DNA of 61,880 bases, counting the filler, from Squatina squatina (Eukaryota): NCBI GenBank assembly GCA_031763465.1. It is 4 parts of 3 records of this genome, joined end to end, with 100 filler letters (N's around TTAATTAATTAA, not from the genome) between each part and the next. Parts side by side here need not be neighbours in the genome. Positions count along the whole stretch, not along the records: positions 1 to 18,158 come from JARFOE010000115.1; 3 more parts are not named here. One strand, 5' to 3'. Positions within the stretch are counted from its first letter, which is position 1. Every line of letters begins with the position of its first letter. The notes beneath the pieces were generated by a model. That model was not told the origin of the DNA and did not search any database. It saw only the letters and a program-made list of their open reading frames with translations. A program made the translations under genes and the position numbers. Of this stretch, positions 1 to 11,870 are shown piece after piece.

Positions 1-161
1 AAATTGGTAACATGCGGGAAGTGGAAGAAAATGACATACTTGGAATTATTGATGCAGAAGACCTTAAAGCCCTTGAAGGTTACGATGAAGATGATAGTTC
101 TAGCGCTGACTCTTCCAGTGATGGCCCTGATGAACAACCTAAAGAAGAAATTATAGAAGAA
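1..161 (+). CDS. GTF2A1L: TFIIA alpha/beta-like factor (ALF), acidic exon (5' end outside window)
   Basis: Frame 3 reads IGNMREVEENDILGIIDAEDLKALEGYDEDDSSSADSSSDGPDEQPKEEIIEE, then a GTAAAT donor at 162 (phase 0). It joins in frame to the 2439 exon to give EE|DPLNSGDD, as in ALF. Confidence 0.8.
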
Positions 162-959
162 GTAAATATGTAAAATATTCTGATCCTCTGCTTTTCATTC
201 CTATTAAAATGACTAACCACTCATAATTCTAATATAACTAAATGTCTGACTATATCCAGATTTATGTACAAGTGTTACAACTTCAGGTCTGCCGTAGATA
301 CCTTCTGTGGTACAGTGGCATTGGTTGCTCCCAATAGCAGTCGGAGTGCCTTGCTTTTGTTGGAGTTGACTCACATTGTCCTATAACATTAGTACTTTAT
401 CACTGATAGAACCCTTGGTGAGATAATTCTAACCAATAAGCTGTTTTATTTCATAATAGGTAAACATATGGAACAGCAGTTATGATTTGATTTTTTAAAA
501 TTGAAATAGCACAACCTACCTTCGTATAATGATCCAAAGAGCCCATCACACTGACACACATCCGTGGGATCTCTTAATTGGTTTAGCTAAGATTTACTTC
601 TAACTATCTTGCAGCATTTCTAATCTCTTCCTCTCCACAGTAAAACACATCATAGCTGTCCTGTTTCAAAAAAAAGGCCATCTCTCTTCTTGCCTGTGTC
701 CCAGCCTTTCTCTTTTAATTGCTCTTTTCACAGGCAGAGATCAAAGGATTTTCCAACACAGTGGATGTGAGGTTTTATTTGGGTTACCTAGACAAGTTAA
801 CACTGGTTTGGCCTCTGGAGAAAACAATTTCCATTTAACATATGAACCACCTTAGGTACCACTAGTGGCTTCCACCAGGGCTAATATTTGTATTTATATG
901 TGCTAGTGGCATCGTCTTGTGAAGGATTTGTTTTGTGAGAACTTGTTGACCAGGCAGTG

Positions 960-1660
960 TACCTTGTCAGAAATAAGAAATGTTGGTGTTTGGGTTGAAC
1001 GCAGTCTCTTAGAGAGTGGAAGGATTGGGAGCAATGTTGGGAAGGACTGCTAGTGGAAGGAGCAAGAATGGTTTAAGTAAAGCATTCCTTGATGAGCTGC
1101 TGTCAAAGAGCTCTTGTAGCTGGCAGGGCAGGTGGGCCTTGTTCTTCCTCATCATCCTTAGTGTTGTCCTGTCACGCAAACTCCTCCACCTCCAATTCTT
1201 CCTCTGCAGTTGGTTTGATGGCTTGATCCCTCTGGATGGGAACTTGTGCAGATAATGATGATCCTCGAGATGCTGTGGGGGCTATACTGCAGGACACCTC
1301 AAGAACTACCTCAAAAGTGGAAGTGGTACTTCAGGCTGCCTATGGACTGTTGCATCAAGGCTCAGGTGGAGGCATGGCCCTGATTGTACCTTATCCTTCC
1401 ATCTGTGCTCAGATTCCAGAGAGGTGTCAATAGCCAGGTCTGGAGGAGTTAGCCTTGGTCCCCAAGCCCTCAACCTTTGACCATATGCTCGGAGTGAAAG
1501 AGCAGGGACACTGAAGCTACCAGGAAACCTGGCACAGACATACATGATGCACTGCATGTTGCCACACCCCAGCTGGATGTTCAGTGAGTGCAATCCCTTC
1601 CTATTCGTGTAGACCCCGGGCTCATCCACTGGAGTATGTGTGCGAGTCAGTGATGCCCTG
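960..1660 (-). mobile_element. PIF/Harbinger transposase remnant (degenerate)
   Basis: Minus strand gives VYTNRKGLHSLNIQL..C...IMYVCARFPGS and, frameshifted, YNQGHAST...GSLK.HF...GVLQYSPH.ISRIII. These are HARBI1/Harbinger DDE motifs, interrupted by stops. Ends approximate. Confidence 0.8.
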
Positions 1661-2088
1661 CACAGGAGCGTTAGCAAACATAATACTTAAGGAGATATTA
1701 GGGCAGATGACCAAAAGCTTGACCACAGAGGTAAGTTTTAAGGAGCGTCTTAAAGGAGACAAGAGTGGCAGAGAGGTTCAGGGAGGGAATTCCAGAGTTT
1801 AGTTGCCTCGGCAGCTGAAGGCAAGGCCACCAATGGTGGAGTGATTAAAATCGGAGATGCTTAAAAGGCCAGAATTGGAGGAGCGCAGATATCTTGGGGG
1901 TTTGTGTGGCTGGAGGAGATTACAGAGATAGGGAGGGGTGAAGCCACGGAGGGATTTGAAAATAAGGATGAGAATTTTAAAATCAAGACATTGCTTAACC
2001 GGGAGCCAATATAGGTCAGCGAACACAGGGGTCATGGGTAAATGGGACTTGGTTTGAGTTAGGATATGGACAGCAGAGTTTTGGATGA
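1660..2088 (-). mobile_element. L2 (LINE2) 3' fragment
   Basis: Translation IQNSAVHILTQTKSHLPMTPVFADLYWLPVKQCLDFKILILIFKSLRG.TPPYL is the L2 ORF2 C-terminus. Confidence 0.85.
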
Positions 2089-2438
2089 NNNNNNNNNNNN
2101 NNNNNNNNNNNNNNNNNNNNNNNNNNNNNNNNNNNNNNNNNNNNNNNNNNNNNNNNNNNNNNNNNNNNNNNNNNNNNNNNNNNNNNNNGGCTGACAGAGA
2201 GCCAGCATTCTCTGGAAGAAAAATATGTGTTTTAGGATTTATCTTTAGATTAGTGCTGAGCATTACTTTCAGTGCTATTTTTGTCAGGCTATTTTTGGAG
2301 GATTTTGCCCAAGAGTTTGGGCTGCCAGATTTTTAGTTCATACAATCCTAATTTTAAATAAAGCTTGTAGAAATGTTGGTCATTAATCTTTTGTAATTAA
2401 AGGAGGATAAATTAATTTGCTTACAATGTATTTTACAG

Positions 2439-2528
2439 GATCCTTTGAATTCAGGAGATGATGTAAGTGAACAGGAGGTGCCTGATCTGTTTGATACAGA
2501 AAATGTGATTGTTTGCCAGTATGACAAG
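2439..2528 (+). CDS. GTF2A1L: TFIIA alpha/beta-like factor, penultimate coding exon
   Basis: ttttacAG|...|GTaagt, 90 nt, DPLNSGDDVSEQEVPDLFDTENVIVCQYDK. Closer to ALF (DPLNSGDDVSEQDVPDLFDT) than to GTF2A1 (EPLNSEDDVSDEEGQELFDT). Convergent LHCGR neighbour matches known synteny. The last exon (IHRSKNKWKF) was not seen. Confidence 0.9.
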
Positions 2529-4002
2529 GTAAGTACATTTGCTTTAAGTTCAAACAAATATATATTTATATATTCTTTAAAAGCCAATGTGTTGTTATTT
2601 TAAAAGTAATGGTTTATGACCCAGTGGTTCAAATACAAAGGTACAGCTTCATGAAGTTTCAGGGTTTGTTGCTTGGTTTTAACAAATTCCCAATTCTAGT
2701 ATTTTTGTTAAGGGAAGGTGGAAAAAGAAACTAGGCATTTAGCCACATGGCAAAAGATAAAATTAATCACAATGTCTTTAGCAGAAAAACATTCGACGGT
2801 TCACATGTCAAACTACAACGGCAGTTTCTTTACAAACAGCAGTTTGCTTTTTGTTTTGCTTCCTTGGCCCTCCTGTGGATTCCCTGGGAGCTATTTCTCA
2901 CACCAAGCACTATTTACTATCTACATCAATTTGTGCGATCTGTGAATGAGCTGGTCTGGCTGTGTTGGCGCCATGAAGTTGTCTCAGAACTCTTGGGCCA
3001 GGAAGGCAGCATATTCCAGAACGGGACCTGCCAGTCCCACTTACCCATTTCCTCGCCAGGCTCCATGTCCGCGCCACGTCACGTCACGCCGTCTCCTCCT
3101 CCCAAAACTGTTTTTCTTGCTTCAAAAAAATCCTGAGCAACAGAACAGAAAGACGGGCACTTACAAAAGCAACCAAGATGTCATTTTTTTAAATAAATAA
3201 TTGAAACAAGTAACACAGTCGCCGAGAAATGAACGTGGCCAGAGGTTATCCTGCGACTTCCCAGAAACATGAAACCTATCGGAGGCAAATTCAAAACAAT
3301 GAATGCAAAGCCGGCGCCAGACTGCTGCCGCACAGTCTCCCTCTGCCCACACTATCGATAAGGAACCATGCAGCTTTATTGGCAATATTAGTGACAAACC
3401 TAGCTTCATCATCCCCCACATTGCTCACTCAGCTGGCGAACAGCCACAGTGGGTGCTTTAATCGGGCCGGGAGGACTGAGGTGACGAGCATGCGCACCTT
3501 GGCCTTGGTGGTTGGACATGCGCATTTCCAGTTGGTGCTCCAGTCATTTTTGGAGTTCTTGCTGAACGTGGAGCTTGGTTTATGCTCACTGTACAAGTTG
3601 CAGGAGATATTCAAATAGGGTTACTTTTAATAGAGATGCCGAATGTATTTTCCATGCAGATTTTCTTTCTTTAATCTGAATTTCCTGATTGATTCGTATA
3701 AATTGCTGTCTGGGCAATCTGATTAAATTTCTTCAGATGGACCTTTGGAGTATTTTACAGCAGTTTTATAGCTTTAATTGGCACAGTTTGGAATTCAAAT
3801 AGCAGTAACTCACAATTAAAAATGAATTACTGGATAAATTTAAGGTGGTTCCATCATAAGGAATCTTCATTGTAGACATCATCACATGTCGACTATGTGG
3901 AGCACAGCCATAACACTTTTCACCACACACAATGAAGTGCAGGACCACCTTCACAGAAAGCACTCTTAAAAATAAGGGGCACGAGGCAGTCTCCAATTAT
4001 TT

Positions 4003-5089
4003 TATAACAATAACACAACTTGTATTTATATAGGGCCTTTAACATAGTAAAATGTCCCAAGGTATTATGAGACAAAAAAAATTGACACCGAGCCACATAA
4101 GGAGAATTTAGAGTAGGGAACTAAAAGCTTGGTCAAAGAGGTAGATTTTAAGGAGTGTCTTAAAGGAGGAAAGAGAGGTCGAGAGGCGGAGAGGTTTAGT
4201 CAGGGAATTCCATGACTTAGGGTCTAGGCACAGCCACCAATGGTTGAGCGATTATAATCAGGGATGCTCAAGGGGGCAGAATTCTTCCGCGACCGGTGGG
4301 CACCGGGGGGACTGGAGTGCATCCTCACAGGGGACAATTGGATTTTAATTTAAGCACCGGGATTTTTGTTAAGTTTTAGTTTAAAGTTTATTTCTTAAAT
4401 ACTGTTGTTTAAATTATGGGTTTGTTTAAAAGAGCAAGAGGGCAGAATTAGAGGAGCACAGATATCTCGGGGGGTTGTGAGGAGATTACAGCGATTGGGA
4501 GGGGTGAGGCCATGGAGGGATTTGAAAACAAGGATGAGAATTTTGAAAGCGAGGCATTGCTTAACCGGGAGCCANNNNNNNNNNGAGCACAGGGGTGATG
4601 GGTGAGCGGGACTTGGTGAGAGTTAGGACAGTGGCAGCTGAGTTTTGGATCAACTCTAGTTTACGCAGGGTTGAATATGGGAGGCCAGCCAGGAGTGCAA
4701 TGGAATCGTCAAGTCTGGAGGTAAAATGGCATGGAAGAGGGTTTCAGCAGCGATGAACTGAGGCAAGGGCGGAGACAGGCAATTTTACGGCGGTCTGAAT
4801 TATGCTGCGGATATGCGATCGAAAGCTCATTTCAGGGTCAAATATGACACCAAGATTGTGAACAGTGTGGTTCAGCCTCAGACAGAAATCAGGAAGAGGG
4901 ATGGAATCAGTGGTTAGGGAACGGAATTTGTGGCTTCGGTCTTCCCAATATTTATTGGAGAAAATTTCTGCTCATCCAGAACGGGATGTCGGACACGCAG
5001 TCTGACAATTTAGAGAGTGTGAAGGGGTCGAGAGAGGTGGTAGTGAGGTCGAGCTGGGTGTCATCAGCGTACATGTGGAAATTGACGCT
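4003..5089 (-). mobile_element. L2 LINE, RT end to 3' tail, interrupted by a Tx1-like insertion
   Basis: FHMYADDTQL...LSDCVSDI..WMSRNFLQ RT motif at 4955-5089; (TTG)n-like tail near 4005. Confidence 0.85.
4284..4434 (+). mobile_element. 5'-truncated Tx1/L1-clade LINE 3' end with 15-bp TSD
   Basis: Reads FRDRWAPGGLECILTGDNWILI* followed by a T-rich 3'UTR. Flanked by caagggggcagaatt (4269-4283) and caagagggcagaatt (4435-4449). Confidence 0.65.
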
Positions 5090-5189
5090 NNNNNNNNNNN
5101 NNNNNNNNNNNNNNNNNNNNNNNNNNNNNNNNNNNNNNNNNNNNNNNNNNNNNNNNNNNNNNNNNNNNNNNNNNNNNNNNNNNNNNNNN

Positions 5190-5900
5190 ATGATTCCTAC
5201 AAGTGGCAGTGTTGCTACAACAAGAGAGAATACCCAGCCTCCAAACATAATCACAACAGCGTGCCTCAAACGGAGCTTCCTGTCCAGCTGCATGGCATGG
5301 GTAATTGTGTGCCATCTTTCAAAGGTGATCACCATCAGCGTGTACACAGAGAGCTCGCTTGAAAAAACAGTAAAGAAGCCGGCACTGGCGCACCCGGTGC
5401 CAGTCTGCCAGTCTATAGCATAGTTGTAATACTGACTCTTGGTGCTTAAATCAACAGACGCAATGAGTAGCAAATAGAGACCCATACAGAAGTCGGCAAA
5501 AGCGAGATTGCACATGAGGAAACGTGGGACTGTGAGCTTATTCTGACTAATCACCAAAACAATAAAAACTACAAAGTTGCCCATGATAGCCAGGATGTTA
5601 ATGAACCATATCAGAACTCTTAGAAAGTTGTATCCCATTATATCTTCACATGGATTGAAGGCGTCTGGTTCTGGAGTACAGACTAGGTCCACCTTAGAAT
5701 GGCAAAAGCCATAATCAAATGAAACTGCATTTTCATAAATTTCTTCCATATGTTCATATTCATCATCAGGGTTATTTTCAGGAAATTGTGAATAATTCTG
5801 TGAGGAAGGATAATTTTTCATTCCAGCAGAAAAATTCTGTAAGTTCCTTTGTCCAAGCTGCAGTGGTGGTAGATTAGGATGAGAATAGTCATTCCCGAAA
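5190..5900 (-). CDS. LHCGR: Luteinizing hormone receptor terminal exon (hinge end + TM1-TM4, cut by gap)
   Basis: Polypyrimidine tract plus AG acceptor at 5901-5902 (phase 2). Encodes [63 protein letters not shown] and ERW. Confidence 0.93.
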
Positions 5901-6847
5901 CTATAAGTAGATAAAAAAAAGAGACATTTTATTAGTATATGGTTTTTATTTAGTTTTGAAAGATAAATCCACAGTGAAATATGATTATAGAATTTCAAAA
6001 CGCCAAACACTTGCAGAGTTTCCTCCATTTATTATATTGTAACTGGAAGACAGCATGGTTTGAAAAAGTTAAATGAAGGGAATGATAATATCATAAACAG
6101 AGTCAAGTGATATTTAGATATTATATCAAAGGTAGTCATAAACACCACAAAATCTGGGCATTACATTCGCCATCTAATAGCTCCTTCAGCTGTTTGGCGC
6201 TCGTCACTCTTCCATTCAGGTCTTCCAGTGTACAATTCCCCATCTGCTTTGGCCTTCTCCCTGGTCTTTTCCATGCTGGAACTCATTCCGTCACCTTTAA
6301 AGGTATTCTTTAATCAAATGGTACAGATGCTCTATTCACAACAGCTGACAGAATTACTGTGACTGTAATAGTGTTGGAAATCCAGGAAAATGAGCTATTT
6401 TGATAATCAGCTGTATAAAGGTAATGCAAAATTAATTTTTGTGGTTCTCAGTCATTCTTAAAGTAGATCTGAAACAGTTTGGGGTGACATTTTTATATTC
6501 CCAAAAGTTGTAGATGCCAGTGTCAAGCAATGATTTTTTACCGACTTTTTTAAAACTTGATTCTCCACCTCAGATGTAAGTTAAAGCTGGTCTAATAATG
6601 TGCATTAACCACAGAAAAACATCCCCCTCTCATCAATATGACAGTGCTATTCTCCATAGCAGCCACCCTTATGTCCTCTCCTGAGTGAGAATTTAGTGCT
6701 GAATTCTAAGCCTTTGTGCATCCAAATAAAAATCGACTGACTACCCAAACTAATTTCACTTCGCAGGATCACAAGGTACTTACAGCTGAGGAAGGTCATT
6801 TGGCCCATTTTAATTCATCCATCCAGAAAATCTCTACATTTCCCCCA

Positions 6848-7413
6848 TTCCTCCAACTAAATATTGGGAAGACCGATGCTATTGTCTTCGGTCCCCACCA
6901 CAAACTCCGTTCTCTAGCCACTGATTCCATCACTTACCCTGGCCACAGTCTGAGACCGAACCAGACTGTTCGCAACCTTGGCATCGTATTTGACCCCGAG
7001 ATGAGCTTCCGATCACATATCCACACTATCACCAAAACCGCCTACTTCCACCTCCGTAACATCGCCCGCTTGGTCCCTACCTCAGCTCATCTGCTGCTGA
7101 AGCCCTCATCCATGTCTTTATTACCTCTAGACTTTAACATTCCAACACTCTCCTGGCCGGCCTTCCATCTTCCACCCTCCCTAAACTTGAGCTCCTCCAA
7201 CACTCTGCTGCCTGTATCCTAATTCGCCAATCTGCATTGGCTCCTGTCCAGCAATGCCTCAATCTTAAAATTCTCATCCTTGTTTTGAAATCCCTCCATG
7301 GCCTCACTCCTCCCTATCTCTGTAACCTCCTCCAGCCCTACAACCCTCTGAGATTTCTGCGCTCCTCCAAATCTGGCCCCTTGTGCATCCCTGATTTTAA
7401 TTGTTCCACCATT
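6848..7413 (+). mobile_element. L2 LINE fragment
   Basis: FLQLNIGKTDAIVFG...VRNLGIVFDPEMSFRSHIHTITKTAYFHLRNIAR...LHWLLSSN/ILILVLKSLHGLTPPYL. Confidence 0.85.
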
Positions 7414-7844
7414 AGCTTATGTGCAATATTTTATTTGGGTCTGTTCCCCACGGGCGTTTGTTTCACATTTAAAAGTAGACTATATAATTTGCATACTTGA
7501 AAAACAGTGGGCCATCTGATATTCTAGAACTATTATAGATATTAATGTAGGTGATATTCTAGCTATCATCTAGTAGATGCTTATAAAGCAGAGAGTTGAA
7601 GGGAAGACCTGAATGTAAAGCCTGACTAGGATGTATAGCTAAAGAAAAATTGCAAGTACAGCATTTTTGAAGCACACTGCCACACAAAGCTATTGCCAAT
7701 CCTTGTAGCTAGAGTATGAAGCAAATATAAAGAAAATAAATAATGTAGTTGATAGAGGCTGTTATACAGTGGAAGATGATAATGGGCCTACAAAGAAAAT
7801 CACTGGAGGTCTAATTTTTTTTTAATGTTTAGGACCATACTTAC

Positions 7845-7958
7845 TATACTTTATTCTGTTCATGGCTGGTGATGAAGTCCTGATCTGCAGTTAATTTTCT
7901 TGTTGCAGCTTCGCATGACTTGGAAAAGTTGTATAAAAGTATGGGTATGGAATTCTGC
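7845..7958 (-). CDS. LHCGR: LH receptor exon 10 (hinge exon)
   Basis: ttcccttcAG|g...ta|GTaagt, 114 nt, phase 2/2. QNSIPILLYNFSKSCEAATRKLTADQDFITSHEQNKV(Y) aligns with human exon 10 [21 protein letters not shown]. The ORF track misses it. Confidence 0.88.
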
Positions 7959-8089
7959 CTGAAGGGAAAGTAACAATCAACTCTATCCAGAACTGTTTTC
8001 TTTCCTTCCTGTCCTCGTCCTCACCTGAAGGCATTAATTTCTTGTCAGATTTCTGTAGGTGCCAGATATCCTCTCCTATTCTACTCAAT

Positions 8090-8395
8090 GATCAATCCTC
8101 GTGTGCGAGCCTTCACAGTGAGCATCAGCAAGCTATCCAATAGCATCACAGCCGAGCCCAATCCTGTCTTCACCCAAAATCCACACATGGACACTTTTTG
8201 CAAGGGTTGTTGTATAGTGATCAGGAGTGGGAATGTTGATCAAAGTTCCTTTCCTTAATTCTGAGTAAGGAGGTCAATTTTAGTGCCCGACTGCTTCTCT
8301 GGCTGAGATCAGAGCGCAGACTAGGGATTGAACTTGGTAATGTCATGGCGTATATAAGTCAGCTATTTATCACCTAAAACCACGAGACTTCAGGA
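8090..8395 (-). mobile_element. Old tRNA-headed SINE, family unassigned (related copies ~13130-13425, ~49080-49285 minus; ~57005-57145 plus)
   Basis: Shared blocks (cctgtct..cccaa..tccacac, gatcaggagtggga, ctgaggccaa) and a B-box-like gttcaatccc on the minus strand. Confidence 0.5.
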
Positions 8396-8869
8396 AGCTT
8401 ACCCAGAAATATTTGTTTGGGGTTTGTTTAAGAAGAATAAAACTTTTTTTATGCTACAGGATAAAATTGGCAGAGCTGGAAAATAGTTGCTGTCTGTTGA
8501 ATTAATTTATCCTATCTTGGACTCGACTCAACACTCTCATTTTTCTGAGGGAGCCAACCAACAGATAAAAACTTCAAAAAGAAAATGTTCTCTGAATTTC
8601 TCTCTCCACGGTGATCAAATAAAATTAAGGGATACTCCTAAGTGAACCATAAACCACACTCACAGCAGGATATCTTGATTGTCTTTAGTTTTGTTGTCTT
8701 GGAGGTTTTACCAGTGCTTAATTGCCTCCTCCTTGAATGCTATACAGCAACTTCTGCTGTAAGTGCCTTGGTAATTGCAGGCAAGTTAGTCATCTGTGCT
8801 CAGGAAAAGTTGGGTTCTTTAAAGTTAAAGTTAGTAAATACTTAGATAGAGACAAAATTATTAGAAACA

Positions 8870-9035
8870 GCCAACACCAAATTCAAAACGGAAGACTGCT
8901 TGACAAACCTGATGAGAGTTCTTTGAGGAGTTGATAGAAATGTTGAATGGAGGAAATGCACTGTATAGGGTGTTCATGGACTTTGCAAAAGCCTTTGACA
9001 AGTTACCACACAGGAAACTATTGGAGAAGATTAAG
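8870..9035 (+). mobile_element. CR1 RT fragment
   Basis: Reads MDFAKAFDKLPHRKLLEKI. Confidence 0.7.
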
Positions 9036-9580
9036 AGGGTAATTTTAAACCTAACCCACCCAGCAGGAAACTGACGGGATCGGGTCAGCTATCCACATTA
9101 CATTTTACTTTCCATTGACTACAATGGAGAGTAATTTCTGACGGGGTGCNNNNNNNNNNNNNNNNNNNNNNNNNNNNNNNNNNNNNNNNNNNNNNNNNNN
9201 NNNNNNNNNNNNNNNNNNNNNNNNNNNNNNNNNNNNNNNNNNNNNNNNNACTGCTTTATAAACGACTTTTTGGATTGCGTGGCTTATTGACGTGATAGCT
9301 CAATGTCTTCAGCAGAAGCCTCTGCCTCTCCTCCCTGTCCCTGTCTCTGCTGTACTTCCTCCCCGCCCCATCTCCTGCAGTCAGCAACCCCAAAGAAAGT
9401 GAAAGCAGCTCCTGTTACCCAGAACTGACCCTTTCCCTGTCGTTAGCCAGGAAATGTCCAGAATCCCGAGCATTGCAAAAGGACGTTTCCTGTCAGCTCG
9501 CTGGTGTATTTCATTCTCCCTCTGTTCCCGTTTTCCGCTTTCAACCTGCTGCTCAGATGGAGTCTGGGAGCAGACATTTT

Positions 9581-9750
9581 GGGGCGATTTTAACCTGGCC
9601 CCAGTGAGAAACTGGTGTGATTTGATTGGCTCCCAGTTTTACACTCCCCGCCCCCACATCTCTTGCTTTCCACTGGCCTGAATGGCTCGTAAAATCAGGC
9701 AGGGTGTCAAACAGGGAGCCCATCCGATCACATCAGTTTCCCACTGGCTA
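9581..9750. mobile_element. Palindromic MITE-like element
   Basis: ccagtgagaaactggtgtgatttgattggctccc (9601) is inverted against gggagcccatccgatcacatcagtttcccactgg (~9715-9748). Confidence 0.65.
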
Positions 9751-10123
9751 GATTAGTTTAATAGTACCCTAACATAGTATCCCCTAAGTGTCTCCGTTGC
9801 CCATGGCACAGTACCATGGGTCATTGCCTTCAGCAAAGAAGAGGCTAAAAAAAAAAAGTTATAAAGGGTGGGAGAAAGAATTGTAATGTAATAGTATTCA
9901 TTTCTGACCCAATGAATATCCATTTTTGTACCAACACAGCATGGATTTAAAATTCTTAACAGTGTTACTAACATCACTCATGGCCACTCTTGATTTGGCA
10001 GTTGTTTTACTTCATGTCTGCTTTTTCTGAAGAACAGCTAATAACAATAAGTTACATTCACATACAGGTGCATTAATAGTATGGGAGACTAGTTAGGAGG
10101 GTGATGAAATCACAAGAACTTAC

Positions 10124-10312
10124 CCATTTGATTTTTCCCAATTTTTGAATGCACAGCAGTGGCTGGGATATGTCAAATTTGCTTCCATCAAATTAACAAA
10201 CTTTTCCAGTGATGGGAACTTTTTCAGTGAGTATGTGAAGCGTGCAGTAAGTTTGTGAATAAACTCTAACCCATAAGATGGAAGATACTCAAGTGCTGTT
10301 GAGGAAACATCT
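10124..10312 (-). CDS. LHCGR: LH receptor exon 9
   Basis: AG/GT bounded, 189 nt; [62 protein letters not shown]. Confidence 0.93.
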
Positions 10313-10791
10313 CTGCAACAAAAAAAGTTTAGATACTTTTTTTTCATTTATCAAAACCCAGGTGACCTATGTTGAAACTGTACAAAAGAAAACATGTTAT
10401 CTGATGGGTGACTTTTCCATTGCCTCAGTCTCCAACCTTTCTTTCCTTTACCTATCTTATTAATGCTATTATGGCCATTGCAGTTGTGAATTTACCCCTT
10501 ACTTCTGGTTCCAATTACACTGCCTTACACACCCTTCCTCTTCCTTGTATGCTGAAGTCAAAACTCATCGAACAGTNNNNNNNNNNNNNNNNNNNNNNNN
10601 NNNNNNNNNNNNNNNNNNNNNNNNNNNNNNNNNNNNNNNNNNNNNNNNNNNNNNNNNNNNNNNNNNNNNNNNNNNNAAAAATGTACAATTACCAGTGCTG
10701 AAGCCCCTCACTTTGATAAGAAAAAAAATCCCATCTCTCCCTCCCATCCAATTCATTTAAATTATATTGATACAGTTGTAGGGGTACTTAC

Positions 10792-10866
10792 AGAATAAAA
10801 TTGGATGCAATTGAGTGGATGTGTGTCAGATCAGGAAAGAATCCTACTCCAGTATTACAAATGCTC
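10792..10866 (-). CDS. LHCGR: LH receptor exon 5 (LRR)
   Basis: 75-nt phase-2 exon, ccAG|...|GTaagt; SICNTGVGFFPDLTHIHSIASNFIL (human [25 protein letters not shown]). Confidence 0.9.
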
Positions 10867-11259
10867 CTGGTTTAAGAAAATAATATGAATTGGTATTCAT
10901 GTCAGTACTTAGGAGAAGTAATACTAATGAANNNNNNNNNNTAATTTTAACTTTCAGGTGACTGTCTCAAAATAATACAAGTCTACAAAAATGTAAAGGA
11001 GAAGGTACATGCAATGGGAAATATTTTTAATAGAATACTTAAACCAGGGTAATATCAAATGTTTAATATTCCGCATCTTTCAGGTGTCATTCCCATGTTT
11101 AGTGTTTTTTTCCCTCTCTTTGATTACTCATCTATTCAGGTTCCCACTCTGAGGGAATTAACACTATTCAGCTGATAATCATGTATAGGAGCATCTCCAT
11201 AGGAAATTTCACAAAACAGAACACTTTCTAGCTTGGAACAGAAAATTTCTGCATCAGCA

Positions 11260-11870
11260 ATGTACACAATATCAAAATTTGCAGATGATGCAAAAATAGG
11301 AAGCAAAAATAGGAAGCCACTTCAGGAGGACATGTACAGGTTAATAGATTGCGTAAATATGTGTCAAATTAAGTAGGAAGCCACTTCAGGAGGACATATA
11401 CAGGTTAGTAGATTGCGTAAATATGTGTCAAATTAAGTGGACAAATGTGAAGATATACGTTTGGCAGGAAGAATAAGGAGATATTTCAGGTATAAAAGTA
11501 TAACTTTAAAAGGAGTAGGGGTTCAGATACCCAAATGAGTTAGATGGAGGAGTTCAACATTATGAGAGGTTTCAATGAGATAAATTGGGAAAAATTATTT
11601 CCACTGGTTGGTGAATTGGCAACTAGAGGGCATTAATTTAAGATCAACATTAAAAGAACTAAGGGAGAGGTTAGAAGACTTTTTTTTAATTGGAGGGTTG
11701 TTAGGATAGGGAATGCAGTGGTGGAAGCAGAATCCATAATATACCTTTTAAAAGGGAAATGGAAAAGGAAGTAAGAGCCACCATGGCAAAAATGAAATAG
11801 GTTTTTACAAAATTTTTTACACAGCGAGTTGTTGTGATCTGGAATGCACTACCTGAAAGGGCGGTGGAAG
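11260..11870 (+). mobile_element. Degenerate CR1 fragments with an internal 64-bp tandem duplication
   Basis: ISKFADDAKIG motif; 11311-11374 repeated at 11375-11438; WNALP motif at ~11840. Confidence 0.7.

Noticed and set aside
4952-5089. Apparent GPCR-reverse transcriptase fusion (YADD after TM4)
   Set aside because: L2 RT on a separate contig joined across a 100-N gap.
5901-10123. Idea that shark LHCGR lacks exon 10 (exon 9 spliced directly to the last exon)
   Set aside because: A clear exon-10 homologue with canonical splice sites lies at 7845-7958.
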